Part shown: positions 24,787 to 38,956 of the stretch, one piece after another
Position numbering within the stretch: the stretch's first letter is position 1
Layout: every line of letters starts with the position of its first letter
From: Octopus sinensis
Lineage: Eukaryota
Length of the DNA: 64,000 nt
Assembly: GCF_006345805.1 (NCBI RefSeq)
Contig: NC_043009.1
Coordinates: 49,848,001-49,912,000, forward strand
Direction: 5' to 3'
Made by a program: the position numbers and the translations under genes
Notes under the pieces: model-generated
What the model saw: the letters and a program-made list of their open reading frames with translations, nothing else
Database searches by the model: none
What the model was told of the DNA's origin: nothing

Positions 24787-25200
24787 TTAGTGAAGTTGCT
24801 TTGTATCCCCCAAAACAAAAGGATCCTCAAAGTTCAACATCATTTCCATTTGTTCCTGGCAATATGGCCAATAGAGTGGGTAGATGAGATAGACATTTGT
24901 AGAAGATAAGCTGGAGTGAGAAAGAGTAAAAAGTTTTCCCAGGTTACTGTGAGCATGACAATTAGATTTCTTTAAAATAATAACCATATTTTAATACACT
25001 CACATACATATGCATTGACATGGGTTTGAGATGGTTTGTAGGCAAATTTGCATATGACCTCACAAAACAGCTCTCAGTTTCTGGGAAAAAGAGAACCAGA
25101 GCTCTTAAGGCAAAGGCGGAAGCAGCTGAGAAGAGTTCCAGCTGGATCTGGTCAAGAAGGAAGTGAATTTCAAAAGGCATAATTAACCCCACAATTTAGC
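24787..25200 (-). mobile_element. Possible degraded LINE endonuclease-region remnant
   Basis: TNVYLIYP...FVLGD loosely resembles APE-endonuclease YRPP/GDFN motifs. Confidence 0.25.
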
Positions 25201-26187
25201 TGGTGTCTTCAACTGAACTAGTTCCAACACTCAAGGTACCTTGGACCTGGGATACCTTAATTATCAAGGATGGTTATGAAGATAATAACACAAAATGTAG
25301 CAGTAGAGGTACCCACATGGCCTGCTTGTGGTCTGGGCTCACCTCTGAAGACCTTCTGCTGTTTAGCTCTTCCAAGATTTTTTTACTATTACAGGTGTGG
25401 TAACAAAGTTGCCTTTCCAACCACATGGTTTTATGTTCAGTTCCACTACTAGGAATTTGATAGATGGAAACTGGAAGATGCCAGTCATGTGTGTTGAGCG
25501 AGTGTATATGAGTGTTTACACTGAGCTACAGCTACATATGATATTGACACCATTTGCAGCATAGCTACAGGTGATGATATCATCATTTGTAACTGGGCTG
25601 CAACTGGTGATATTTTCTGACATTTCCTATCAGCAAGTTGTCTACTGGTTCAACACTTTCAAAATCCTCTGGAATGAAAAAAAAAAAATAGAACTGTCCC
25701 TTACTTGAAAATAGCTAAAGGCTGGCAGCAGGAATTGCATTTGGCCTTAAAAAAATCGTACCTCATATATGTTCCCTGTGTAAACCATGTTAGCATAGGA
25801 AAACAGACATTACAAAAATCGCATGAGATATAAGTAAAGACACACACTTGTATGTTAATATTTTTGAGATATATATATGTGAGCATGTGTGTATTTGTGC
25901 ATATATGTATATATAATATTAATGTATTAAATTTTTTTTTATTTTATGAGCATATGTGTGTGCTTGTGTGTATAATATTATGTTCATATTTTTTGTTTTA
26001 CACACACATACATACACAAATGAATTATTAAAAAATAGGAGTATAAAAAGCAATAAAATGTAGCTATAGAAATGTAACTAAATGTTAATCTAAATCTATG
26101 TATGTCATCTGTTATATAGTAATTGATTCTTCAGCTCTCCCAGAAACTTGGAACAGTCTCAATAATTTATAAACCTTATTCTGTTGC

Positions 26188-26189
26188 TA

Positions 26190-26265
<76 letters not shown>

Positions 26266-26326
26266 CATCATCATCACCATCATCGTTATTACTAGTAGTA
26301 GTTGTAGTAGTAGTTATTGTTATTAA
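26188..26326. repeat. (ATT)n/(ATC)n/(AGT)n trinucleotide tract
   Basis: Direct reading. Confidence 0.95.
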
Positions 26327-26502
26327 TTAGATTGTCTCCGAGATCCTACTTCATCAGTTTCAATTTATTAAGAGTTAACATCATATTATGGTGGAATCAG
26401 AGATAAAAATAAAAACAAAGTAAAAAAGTAGAAGTTGTTTCCAACAGCACATTTTTATACTGTTTTGTTTTCTAACACATACACACATGTAAATATATAT
26501 AT

Positions 26503-26537
<35 letters not shown>

Positions 26538-27715
26538 TTGTAAGTATGTGTGTGTGTGTATTTGTACAGACAATCAAATTTACATACACATCTATTGTAC
26601 ATACATCATATGCACATATATAGACAAGAATATAGATATATTCCCCCACACCTATTCATACATATGTACAAACACACATACATACACACACATAGAAAGA
26701 GAGTATACACAAACAGAGTATACACGTATATAAACACACAGTTACTCATAAACATAGCAAGTTTTACATAACAAATATATAATTGCACATAGACTTGTGT
26801 GTATGTATGTGTATGTTTATATATATATATATGTGTGTATGTATTACTGAATCATTTTCTCTTGCAAGGAGGACAGAAAATTGTATAAATTACATCATTA
26901 TCAAATTGATTAGTGCTGGAGACATTTATTCTGTAATTATGGGTTTTATAATTAATTTCAAGCCTTTGCGCTTTGTTCTCTCTGTACACTGAGGTGTTGG
27001 AGACAGATCAATAACTTTGGTTTTGTTTTTAGATTACTGTTCACTTCATCTGGCTGATTTTGGCCAGATTTTAATCTGAATTTTGTCTCCTTTGTAGTCA
27101 ATATTTTTCACTACAAATACTGTAATCCTTTGGTAAAAACACTCATATTACACCTTTGTTGTTTTATCCATACTAATATCATACATCCAAAACTTGGCTT
27201 TATATAAGAGAAATATTTTCTTTATTGAAAGGGAGAAAAATTGAAAGTGCATTGTGTTCAAAGATATGAAGAATCCTTTAGAAAATCTCTTTTTTTTTTG
27301 AAAATGGTCGAAATAAGTGAAGCAGCAAAGATTACCCAATGCTATAGAGTAAAAACTACTTCCCTACTTTGGATAAATAAAAAAAATTGATAAATACCAA
27401 CAAATTTCCCACACAATCAAACCTACACCTACTAAATACCTGGCACTTAGTTTACTAAATATACAAAGAGGAGAGAAGTAAAACTTTCCTTTTAGAATTA
27501 ATACTTCAAAAGGTACTCACTGTGGTACTCTACTACTATACAACTTCTGCAGTTTTCTATGAGAAAGTAAATACTTAAAAGATACCTGAAGCCTATATAA
27601 TGTATATGAATCCAGTAATTTATTAATTGAGTCATTTGCCAAGATTTCATTCAAAAGTGGGGTAAATACAAAACTAACATATACACACGTGTGTTTACGT
27701 GCATGTTTGTGCAAG

Positions 27716-27757
<42 letters not shown>

Positions 27758-28117
27758 GCCAGCATGGAAGATGTACATTAAAAGATGATGATGATAATTA
27801 TATGAAAGAGAGAGAGAGAGAGACTTCTGTGAGGATCAGAGCTAAAGTTTTCTCTTTCACTGGATGCAGTTTCTAAGAATCTGGAAAGTTGTATCTGCTT
27901 GTGTGCACGCATGTGGGCTGAAGAGTAGTCTGTTTCAGATGCTTAGTGTCTCAGGGGAAAATAAACCAGGAAGTGTAGCAGACACTGCAAGTATCTGAGT
28001 ACAAGCTTACAGAGTGGATAATGGTAATATGTTGAAATAAATTGCACCCAGGGGATAGCTGGGCAGTTGGATTAATAACCTAGCTGATAAACGCAAAATA
28101 AAACTAACATAGAAATA

Positions 28118-28151
<34 letters not shown>

Positions 28152-28317
28152 TGATGAAAGAGGCAGAGCCTCTTGTGGCACAGATTGCTATGCTTTACCT
28201 TACTGAGATCAACATGGTGTAACTGATGCTGTGACTAACAGTGGTAAGTAAGAAGTAGCTTGATGGAAGCAATTCCTTCAGGTTTGTCTTCTGCCTGCAG
28301 CTTCCAGCATTTATTGA

Positions 28318-28730
28318 TACTCTTTTACTCTTTTACTTGTTTCAGTCATTTGACTGCGGCCATGCTGGAGCACCGCCTTTAATCGAGCAACTCGACCCCG
28401 GGACTTATTCTTTTGTAAGCCCAGTACTTATTCTATCGGTCTCTTTTGCCGAACCGCTAGGTAACGGGGACATAAACGCACCAGCATCGGTTGTCAAGCA
28501 ACGCTAGGGGGACAAACACACTCACACAAACACACACACACACACATATATATATATGCATATATACGACGGGCTTCTTTCAGTTTCCGTCTACCAAATC
28601 CACTCACAAGGCTTTGGTCGGCTCGAGGCTATAGTAGAAGACACCTGCCCAAGGTGCCACGCAGTGGGACTGAACCTGGAACCATGTGGTTGGTAAACAA
28701 GCTACTTACCACAAAGCCACTCCTGCGCCT
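28318..28730 (-). mobile_element. Full-length SINE family A
   Basis: Reverse complement of 17843-18254 with very few differences. Confidence 0.95.
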
Positions 28731-29019
28731 ATGATGAATATTTAAATTGAAACCAAAGCTACTGTATCTTTACACATTAACAAACACCAGAAAATTATAA
28801 TATTTTGGGTTATTAATATCCTTTTTAAGAGCTGACAAAAAATTTTTAAATTTATATCTAAATTTTTAAATATCTAAAGACATGGCTAATAGTCTAAAAA
28901 CATAATCTTATAAATGAGTTGTCTCAGACATTTAGTCAATTAAGGAAGTACTAAGTTGCTTAAAAACATTCATCTTTCTCTCTCTCTCTCTTACATGTGT
29001 GTATGTGAATGTCTGTGTA

Positions 29020-29500
29020 TGCACATGGAAGCTATGTGGTTACAAAGTTTGCTTTGCGACCATGTGATTTTAAAATTCAATCCCACAGTATGGTATTTTG
29101 AGCAGGTGTATTCTACTATAGTCCATGGCTTTCCAGAACCTTATGAATAAGGATTTTATAGTTGAGAGAAACTGAAAAAAGTCCAAATGTGTGTGTGCAT
29201 GTGTACATGTATGTGTGGATGTGTGTGTGTATGAGTGCTTGTATTTCTTTGTCTTGATATTATATATTAATTGTAAACAAATGTCACCATCATAGAAGTG
29301 GTGTCATTTGTTTACAATATTCAAAGGTAATATGTCTGGTTGTTGTGCTGTTTATGTTTAAAGGACTGAGGAAATGTTCATTGTTTTGAAACAGGTGAGA
29401 GTGTGGAAACAGGATGAACAACTCATTGTAGAAAATTTGCCTCAATGCATTTTATCTAACTCTTTACAAGCATAGAAAAGTGGATGTTAGAACAACGATG

Positions 29501-29505
<5 letters not shown>
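29020..29505 (+). mobile_element. Degraded SINE family E
   Basis: Head gctatgtggtt...ttctactatag, internal (GT)n, tail gtagaaaatttgcctc...aagcatagaaaagtggatgttag...gatgatg. Confidence 0.65.
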
Positions 29506-29535
<30 letters not shown>

Positions 29536-31361
29536 TGTACATATTGAAGAAACACAAGCCAATGAAGGAACTTAAATGCAATCATTCAATTTGCAGCAAA
29601 CAGCAGCTACATCGTCATTAAATCACACTGTGCCATTTTAAAAAAACAAACAAACAAAAAAGCCCATTGCATAACATAGTCTTAGATACATTATCCCTGA
29701 AAGTAAGATACAATGGTAACAGGTGGAAAGCTTTTGATCAAACTAACCTTGGGTTAAATAATAACTTTGAGAATCAGTTAAAGAATTCAAAGGTATGTTG
29801 AGATTGATAACAACTATATTTTTATCAAAATTTTAGTTTGAATTTGAGGTTTTTATGTCTATCTCTCTCTCTATCATCACCATGTTAAACGTGTGTAGAC
29901 GTTTTTTGGTTTGGTTGTTTGTTTTACGATATATATTCTAGTTCTAACCTCAGTGGAGCTTTTAATAATAGAAAATGGAAACATGAAAGATGAGAAAAGA
30001 CAAAGTGAGAAATAAATAAACTAACAGGAAATAGAGGAGGCAAAAAAAAAAAAATAAATAAATAAAATAGATGTAAAGAAAGAATTATAAAAAAAAAATC
30101 ATGTCAATGAATTAAAAATTGAGAAATAAATAAACATACTTTCTAAAAAGTAAAACAATTTTTTTTTTTATTTTTAGGAATTTTAAAATTTATTTTTAGG
30201 AATTTTTTTTTAAATACTGATTTTATTCATGAGAAGAAAATCACAACTTAAGTATCGGAAATATTTCCAGATGGACAGCACAGGTGTTTATAAAATACGA
30301 TCTGTAGTTTTGATACACTCAGATTAGCAAACTTTCAAGATACCTGCATCTTAGCTTATTTGCCTCAAGTAGAATTCTTCAAAGAGAACTGGAGAACTGC
30401 TAGATAAATAGATTTATAGATACAAAACAAGGAAGAAAAATACTGGTAAACTGTAGGAGGTGCTCGATTTAGCTTTTTTTAGAAAAACCATGGTAGCAAT
30501 TACAAGTGGTTTAATCCATTTTAAAAAAGTTGATAACATAAAAATAAAACAAAATACTAGAAAACAAAATTTTTAAAAATCTAGCAAAGAAGATTCTTTT
30601 GCAAAAGATGGAATTCCATAAAAGTATTCCATTATTTAGCTCATCATCTACATTTCTGTCTTACAGGGATATAAGATGAAATAGCAGAGTTGGTTACAAA
30701 GATGTCAAAGATAAACCCCCAAAAAGGTAGAAGGGGAGGTTGCAGAGTTACGGCCCTTTTCTCCTAGTTCACCTCTTTACTGTGCAATGACAGGTCTCCA
30801 TTTGAAGCTGGGGCCTCAAGGCAAGTTTCTTACTCTTACATTCACAATATGTTATCTTTGAATTCCTTTTGAATGACATTCTACAGGCCTTCGGAGGTAA
30901 GTGCAATTAACTGCTTGTCGCAGAAACCCAAGAGAGAGAGAGGGAGCGGAGAGCAGAAAGAGAGAGAAAATGTAAGCAAGAGAGAAAAAGAAAAAAAAAA
31001 GAATATAAGTAAACGAAAGTAAATAGCAATACCAGATGTATAATAGAGAGCAAAGAAGAGTAAGGTGAAAATGGAAAAAGCGACAAACAAAAGACAAAAG
31101 TCAGCTAATAACATTTGAAAACAAATGTAACCTTCTATGCCTATCATCATAAGCTCTTCTGCAAAACCATTTTTTCGTAATCCTTTGAGAGATGTTGTGC
31201 AATGCAATAGAATAATGAACAGAATTATTTTTTTATTAGTTCTCTAATTCAAGAGAAAATGATGTACACAACAAAGAAGCTTACATTCTTTTGGAAGCAA
31301 AAACAAAGCTTTACTGCACAACTTTATACACTTAAACTTTCTTGTTTCTAGATCTTACACA

Positions 31362-31394
<33 letters not shown>

Positions 31395-31434
31395 CACACA
31401 CACACACACAAATTATAAAATTATATCAGCATTA

Positions 31435-31478
<44 letters not shown>

Positions 31479-31599
31479 TGTATTTGTAGAATTATATAAA
31501 ATGTACACTCACAAAAATTATAAAATTGTATCAGCATTATGTGTATAGATATATATTTTTGTAAAATTATATAAGATATATATGCTACATAATCATATA

Positions 31600-32110
<511 letters not shown>

Positions 32111-32139
32111 CTTTATTGATAAGCTGCAAAGACATCACA

Positions 32140-32185
32140 AAAACTGTTACTCAGAGTTTCATGCTCCTGTTCGTTTGACAGTTTT
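32140..32185 (-). ncRNA. Degenerate minimal type I hammerhead ribozyme motif (Penelope-type)
   Basis: Minus strand: aaaactgt-CAAACGA-acaggagcat-GAAA-ctctgag-TA-acagtttt; perfect 8-bp stem I, self-complementary stem III, GUA site; core has 2 mismatches. Confidence 0.5.
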
Positions 32186-32187
32186 GG

Positions 32188-32239
32188 TTGAGAATGGAAC
32201 AAAAATAAGGTTATAACCTTATTTTTGTTCCATTCTCAA
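32188..32239. repeat. Perfect 52-bp palindrome centred on TTATAA
   Basis: ttgagaatggaacaaaaataaggtta|taaccttatttttgttccattctcaa. Confidence 0.97.
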
Positions 32240-32284
32240 GTTGATAGCATTTGTTATCTGGTGACTTAAACAGGTATTTTAAAA

Positions 32285-32380
32285 GCAGAGTAACCAGAGT
32301 AAGAATGGAGTGGAAAAATTTCAAGGAACTGGTAACTAAAATGTTTTGCCTGTAGACAAAGCATAAATTGTATGTTTGTG
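32285..32380 (+). mobile_element. Degraded RTE RT C-terminal fragment
   Basis: Translates RVRMEWKNFKELVTKMFCL*TKHKLY, resembling the RTE R..W..F.EL....K..LY segment. Confidence 0.4.
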
Positions 32381-32420
32381 TCTCCAGAGGCTGCTGATAG
32401 CATTTATTAATTAATAAGGG

Positions 32421-32775
32421 AACCATCTGAACGTGGCCGTTGCCAGTGCCGCCCCGACTGGCCTCGTGCCGGTGGCACGTAAAAAGCACCATCTGATCGT
32501 GGCCATTTGCCAGCCTCGCCTGGCCTCCATGCCGGTGGCACGTAAAAAGCACCATCCAATCGTGGCCATTTGCCAGCCTCATCTGGCACCTGTGCCAGTG
32601 GCAGATTAAAAGCACCCACTACACTCATGGAGTGGTTGGCGTTAGGAAGGGCATCCAGCCGTAGAAACATTGCCAGATCAGACTGGGCCTGGTGCAGCCT
32701 TCTGGCTTCCCAGACCCCAGTTGAACCGTCCAACCCATGCTAGCATGGAAAGCAGACACTAAACGATGATGATGA
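32421..32775 (+). mobile_element. Family C (RTE 3' UTR) copy with three about 63-bp modules
   Basis: Three ...gtggcacgtaaaaagcacc-type units, then the common tail and (GAT)n. Confidence 0.92.
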
Positions 32776-34894
32776 GGAAGAGCAGTTGTTGCAGTGCAAT
32801 CAACAGAGTATTTTAAAACTTGCTATCTCACAATTGTGAGTTCAAAACCTGCTGTGGTTAAATTTATATATCTTTTATCCAAATTGATAAAATAGATATC
32901 AACAATATGATGGTACTTCAGTTAATCAGTTAGGCAAACCAGTAATTGTTAATAAATAATGGCTATTATAATAATTATGCATCGTAGCAATTTAGCTTAA
33001 ATGCTATTTTATTATCTTTTGAGAGTGCAAAGATATATGAACAAATAAGGCATGTGACACCCCCACCTCCAAGTAATTAAGTATCTCATCATCAGTAGTG
33101 AATTGTGCTTTTGATTAAGATGCTTAACTCTCAATGTACCATCAACGTTCCACCGTAGGGGTGCTGTTATTTAGCCCATGGTAAATCTTGACTGTGAAGG
33201 ACAAGTACATCTTTTTATGATCAGAAACATTTTTGAAGACAGTAAGATGTGGCTTGAAGGATATCTGATTACTATTTCTAGCAGAATAAGTAACTAGAAA
33301 GAGACTACTTGCATAGAGTAGTATAATTCATCATTGTAAGTAGCAACAATCTGTGAAATGTAAAAGTGATTTGTTGGCTAGAGGTGCTGAGTTCAATTTC
33401 TCTAGAGAGGAATGTTCCCTTTAATAGACCACCTTTATGATATTCAGAGGTGAGATTTGTCTTATCTATTTAATGCTATCTAAATCAGAAAAATATACAA
33501 ACCATGTGGAATCTTGTGATTTAAAAAGGATTAACTTCTTTTTTCTCTCTTATTGATACTATAAATCTAGATTATTATAATACTTAAAGTCAGAAATGCA
33601 TTGACACAACCGAGCTGAGCTTAAGTTTCATCTAACTTATCATTTTATTAACACACTTCTCTTTGTGGAAATCTTTAATAAACTACTACTTTGTCTTTGG
33701 TCTATGAAGATACAGTGTTTCCTATAGGAAAAAAAAAAGAATTACTTTGTCCACAGCTACTGTTGACACTCTACAGCAAAACCCTTAGAATTACAGTGTC
33801 TAGAGCCAAACATAAATGATTATGGAGCATCTCTAATCATATGTCCCCTGCACTGAAGCTGACATGGGACTAGGCCACAACAAACCTGGCATCCAACTCT
33901 ATTTTAATATTTCTATTTAAAAACCGCATCAATATTTCTGTCAGTGGCATGGTATCACAGAATCAACAAAATATTTATTTCACTGAATAAAGTAGAAGAT
34001 CAAGTTTGGAGGAGGATTGGTGTCTATAGTTAGAAGAAGCAACTTCAAGACTTTTTTTTTGTTATCTACTCTCATGGTATATGGTATATAAAAATTCCAA
34101 GAAAATTCCAGAAGGGTTTGACCCCAGAAAGATGCAAGAAAGAGATAGCTAGATAGACTGACAGATATATATAGAGAGAAAGATAAGAGGGTTGGGAAAG
34201 AGGCACAGACAGAGACATAATTATATAATATATGACATAATAGTCCAACACTTAAGCATTTCTGAAAAGTTTCTACCCCAAACTCAGCAACAAAATGTAT
34301 TGTTAATAATGCATCAGTTGATTACAGGCAGCACACATACTTTATATATGGCTATCTTTATTTTCTTTGACATAGAGTTTGTTCACCTCTTGTGAAGTAA
34401 TATGATAAAAGAGAGGAAAAAAAACCCAAAACAAAACACCACCAACAACAAAACAATATCGTATCATTTAATTTCAAACTTTGCTGATACAATGAAGCTT
34501 TCATCCTTGCCACTGCTCAGCAGTCATCAGACTGGCAGAATTATCAAACAGGCATTTCGTTATGCGTCTGTATTTGCATATATGTAGTATATGTGCATAT
34601 ATAACATATATGTATATGTATGTATATATGTGTGTGTGTGTGTATAATGGGTGCGTTTATATCTCTGTGTATGCATTTCAAAAGTTGGTAACATCGCAGG
34701 AATGCAACATCAGAGGCAATCATAATTCAGCAGACCACAGAAGGATAAAATGCGTCACTACTGTTATCACTGGCTTCACTGCCGTTGTTTTGGAGACAGT
34801 CGCCTCCATCATGATTGAAATTCTACACACCCGACAATCACCATCCACCCTCCACAAGCAGCCCCACCACTCCTATACTCCATCCTCAATCAGT

Positions 34895-35090
34895 TAAATC
34901 ATCATCATCATCATTATTGTCATCATCTGCATCGTCATCTTCATCATCATCATCGTTGTCATCATCTGCATCATCATCATCATCGTCATCATCTCTGCAA
35001 CCATTACCACTATATTGATTACCCAACATCATTATCATTACCATCATGGGGGCTACTAGCAACATCAACATCAGTAGCAACATCATCAGA
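34895..35090. repeat. Degenerate (ATC)n tract
   Basis: Direct reading; produces the poly-S and poly-D pseudo-ORFs. Confidence 0.9.
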
Positions 35091-35229
35091 TAAAGTTTTA
35101 TCATAGATATATGACGGACAATATAAACAAACAACAAATAAAACAAACAAACAGTAAACAGAAGATAGAGAGATAGATAGACAGATAAATAGATAAACAG
35201 AGAGACAGATAGATGCTTGCAAAACTATG

Positions 35230-35261
<32 letters not shown>

Positions 35262-35319
35262 AATAGACAATCACATAGATACATGCATTAATAGATAGTT
35301 ACAGGCATTTTACACACAC

Positions 35320-35578
35320 AGATATGTATATGTATGACATATATATATATATATATATAATATATATATATATATATGTGTATGTATATGTATATATATA
35401 TATTATATACACATACATACATACAAATGTATATCATTATTACTGTTTAATGTTTTCTATAAATATGTGTGTGTGTGTATATATATGTATGTGTGTATAT
35501 ACCTATTTTACATACATACATACATATGTATACATATATATATAATATATATATATACATATATATATACATTATATA

Positions 35579-35616
<38 letters not shown>

Positions 35617-35700
35617 CATATATATACATATATATACAAATGATGATGATGATGATGATGATATATATATATATATATATATGCATACACACATATATAA
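35320..35700. repeat. Compound (TA)n/(TACA)n/(GAT)n block
   Basis: Direct reading. Confidence 0.93.
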
Positions 35701-36007
35701 GTGCATGAGAAAGATAGATATGGTAGCTAGCTACATAGACAGAAAGACACACAGATAGTTAAATCAATAAATAAATAGATAGATCAATGAATAAACAAGT
35801 AAATAATGTCTCACAAATATTTTCTCTATTGTGGGGAGGGGGGGGCATAAATAACTCTGGATTCTAAGGTCTTTGTGCTTGAGTGGGACAGTGTTTTTGA
35901 AAGATTAATCAGTTAGTGAAGAGGTGTGTGCGTGATGGGGCAGAGAAGAAGAGATGTTAGGGAGAGGAAGAAAAGGAGCAGGGCAAGAAAAACAAAATTT
36001 AAAAAAT

Positions 36008-36029
36008 GCCCCAGAGGGCAGCCATTTTG
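36008..36029. promoter_or_regulatory. Overlapping CTCF-like and YY1-like motifs
   Basis: GCCCCAGAGGGCAGC overlapping GCAGCCATTTTG. Confidence 0.3.
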
Positions 36030-36549
36030 GCTGACCGAAAATGTTTTGTAATAAAAATTAATAACTCTACGGAACAAACCTCTGGAGAAAGCAAACAAAA
36101 AAAAATCGTAAGAAAACAGATAAAATAAAAAATGATAGAAAAACAAAAAAAAAACAAAAAAGAGGATCCAGCTATAAACCCCCATACATATATAGCTATA
36201 AACCCCTTTATACATATATAGCACATATACATGCATAGAGAGGCACACATGGATGTGCATTTGTATGTATAAATGCTTACATAGTTACATGCATATATAT
36301 ACAGTAATAAAATCATGGATACATAGGGACATTTCTGAATATACATGCATGTCAAAGAGAGGGTGTAGTCTATGAAAAATTGTGTATGGAGCATGTGTAT
36401 TCATACATACAAACATGATACAAAATCTATTTACTGGAATCCAGACATTGTACACATTATTATATGTCTATGTGTGTGTATGTATACACACACACACACA
36501 CATACATTCACATATTTATACACACATATATAAAAATTACATCATACAG

Positions 36550-36995
36550 ACATAGTTGTGTGATGTGTGATTTAGAAATTTGCTTTCTAATGTGGTTTTG
36601 GGCTCAGTCCCAGTGTGTAACAGAGTTTTCTGTTAGAGCTCCAGGCCTATAAAAGCTTGCGAGTGGATTTGGTAAGTGATAAATAAAAGAAGCTTGTCAT
36701 ATATGTACATCTCTGTATGTATATGTGTATATGTATGCATTTGTGATTTTGTCTTGACATGGCTTAATATTTAGAAATGAATGTCATAATTATACAAGAG
36801 TATACAAGAGTTGTCCCTTGTTCCTAATCTTCTGTAAAAACATGTCCAGCTATGGGAAAATATTATCTTGCTTGAAAATGGGCAAGGTTTGCTAAGGGGA
36901 AGTGCATATAACTGCAAAAAATCTGTTTCAAAGAATGCCATCTCACCCATGTGAGGACAGAGAAGAGAATATTAAAACAATAATGATGATATACA
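36550..36995 (+). mobile_element. Degraded SINE family E
   Basis: gggctcagtccc, gagtggatttggta, ttgtcttgacat, acccatgtgaggacag...attaaaacaataatgatgat. Confidence 0.65.
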
Positions 36996-37275
36996 TGTAT
37001 AATTATATATACATATGTAAATATGTATATTTAATTAGTTAATTCAACTTAAACATGAATGTTCTCTTCAAGAAAACTTTACTGTGGTAGATACCATGAG
37101 AGAAACTTTTGGTGCACAATGCATACTTGTTTGTTTATATCACCAATGGAGATATAAGTCCCCACCAAATCCAACACCAAGACTACCAGATCACATGATT
37201 TCAATTTCCTTGATCTCATTGGTGATGGGCACTTGACAGCTAGATACACAGATGCTTAGACACATATACTTATAT

Positions 37276-37508
37276 ATTTCTTTACTACCCACAAAGGGCT
37301 AAACACAGAGAGGACAAATAAGGACAGAGAAACGGATTAAGTCGATTACATCGACCACAGTGTGTAACTGGTACTTAATTTATCAACCCCAAAAGGATGA
37401 ATGGCAAAGTCGACCTCGGCAGAATTTGAACCCAGAACGTAACGGTGGATGAAATACAGCTACGCATTTCGCCTGGCGTGCTAACGATTCTGCCAGCTCA
37501 CCGCCTAA
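37276..37508 (-). mobile_element. SINE family B with 16-bp TSD
   Basis: acacatatacttatat at 37260-37275 and 37509-37524. Confidence 0.92.
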
Positions 37509-37524
37509 ACACATATACTTATAT

Positions 37525-37730
37525 CATCATTATTGTTTTAAATGTCCACTTTTCCATGTTTGCATGGGTCAGACAAAATTCATTGATAAAGATTTTACTA
37601 TGGCTAGATGCTCCTTCTGTTGCCAAACCTCATCTGCTTCCAAGTAAGGCAATATTTACTCCAGGCAAAGGCATGTTTATCACAGAAGGCTAAAAATCAA
37701 CAACATCACTTGTATCAAAAAGTCAAAACA
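37525..37730 (-). mobile_element. Family E tail fragment
   Basis: tttaaatgtccacttttccatgtttgcatggg...tttactatggctagatgctccttc. Confidence 0.7.
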
Positions 37731-37754
37731 AGGGTACACATAAGAATACACATA

Positions 37755-38170
37755 GGCGCAGGAGTGGCTGTGTGGTAAATAGCTTGCTTACCAACCACAT
37801 GGTTCTGGGTTCAGTCCCATTGCATGGCACCTTGGGCAAGTGTCTTCTACTACTATAGCCTTGGGCCGACCAAAGCCTTGTGAGTGGATTTGGTAGACGG
37901 AAACTGAAAGAAACCTGTCGTATATATGTTTATATAAATATGTATGTGTGTGTATATGTTTGTGTGTCTGTGTTTGTCCCCCCAACATCACTTGCCAACT
38001 GATGCTGATATGTTTACGTCCCCGTAACTTAGCGGTTCAGTAAAAGGAGCCCGATAGAATAAGTACTAGGCTTACAATGAATAAGTCCTGGGGTCGATTT
38101 GCTCGACTAAAGGCAGTGCTCCAGCATGGCCACAGTCAAATGACCGAAAAAAGTAAAATAGTAAATAGTA
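37755..38170 (+). mobile_element. Full-length SINE family A
   Basis: Matches 17843-18254; acacata on both flanks. Confidence 0.93.
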
Positions 38171-38184
38171 TAAACACATATATT

Positions 38185-38330
38185 ATATAACAGGCTTCTT
38201 CCAGTTTCTTTATACCAAATCTACTCACAAGGTTTTGGTTAGTCAGTGGCTGTAGAAAAAGACACATGGCCAAGGTGGTGTGCAGTGTGACTGAACCTGA
38301 GACAACACAGTTGCAAAACTACACAGCCAC
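38185..38330 (-). mobile_element. Older A/E-type SINE head, inverted relative to the adjacent family A copy
   Basis: ggcttcttccagtttc...ccaaatctactcacaagg...gactgaacc...cacagccac. Confidence 0.7.
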
Positions 38331-38923
38331 GTTTTATATTTGCATAAATATATGTGTGTGTGTGCATGTATATATATATATACACACACACACACGCACA
38401 CACAAATATGCATAAAAAATTTATATATATGCTCAAATATATACACACATTATGTGCCTGTATATGTATATATGCATACACACATATAGACAAATAGATA
38501 GATATAGATATGCATTACACACATACTTGTAGATACTCACACATGATTATACATACACAGACATACATGCACACACATATGCATATTTACACACACACAT
38601 GTATATATTTGTGCGTATATATATATATATCTGACGCAGAGAGAGCAAAAGGGAGATATCAAGAGACAATCTGTAAGGGGGGAGCAGGGTGGGGTCTAAA
38701 CCATACTAACATAGGAAAATGGATCTACAAATGAATACATATATTTAAACTTTCATGGACAAACACACAAATTTATTTATATACACTCACATGTACACAT
38801 GGTTCACACAAATATACACATATACATACATACATACCTATTGTTTATCTATCAAAATAAATAAATGTATATATATTTTTTTTTCGTTCATGCACATGTA
38901 CTTATGTAATGCATATTTTCCTT

Positions 38924-38956
<33 letters not shown>

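Noticed and set aside
27515-27570. Possible 36-nt minus-strand micro-exon (ctcatag...gtgagt)
   Set aside because: Only moderate splice signals, unrecognisable peptide, expected by chance
28150-28180. ATGATGA followed by a 7-bp hairpin aagaggc-aga-gcctctt
   Set aside because: Followed by GTGGC rather than GAAA; no stems I or III
30650-30903. Plus-strand acceptor (cttacag) and donor (gag|gtaagt) as an exon
   Set aside because: No recognisable coding content; unsupported without RNA data
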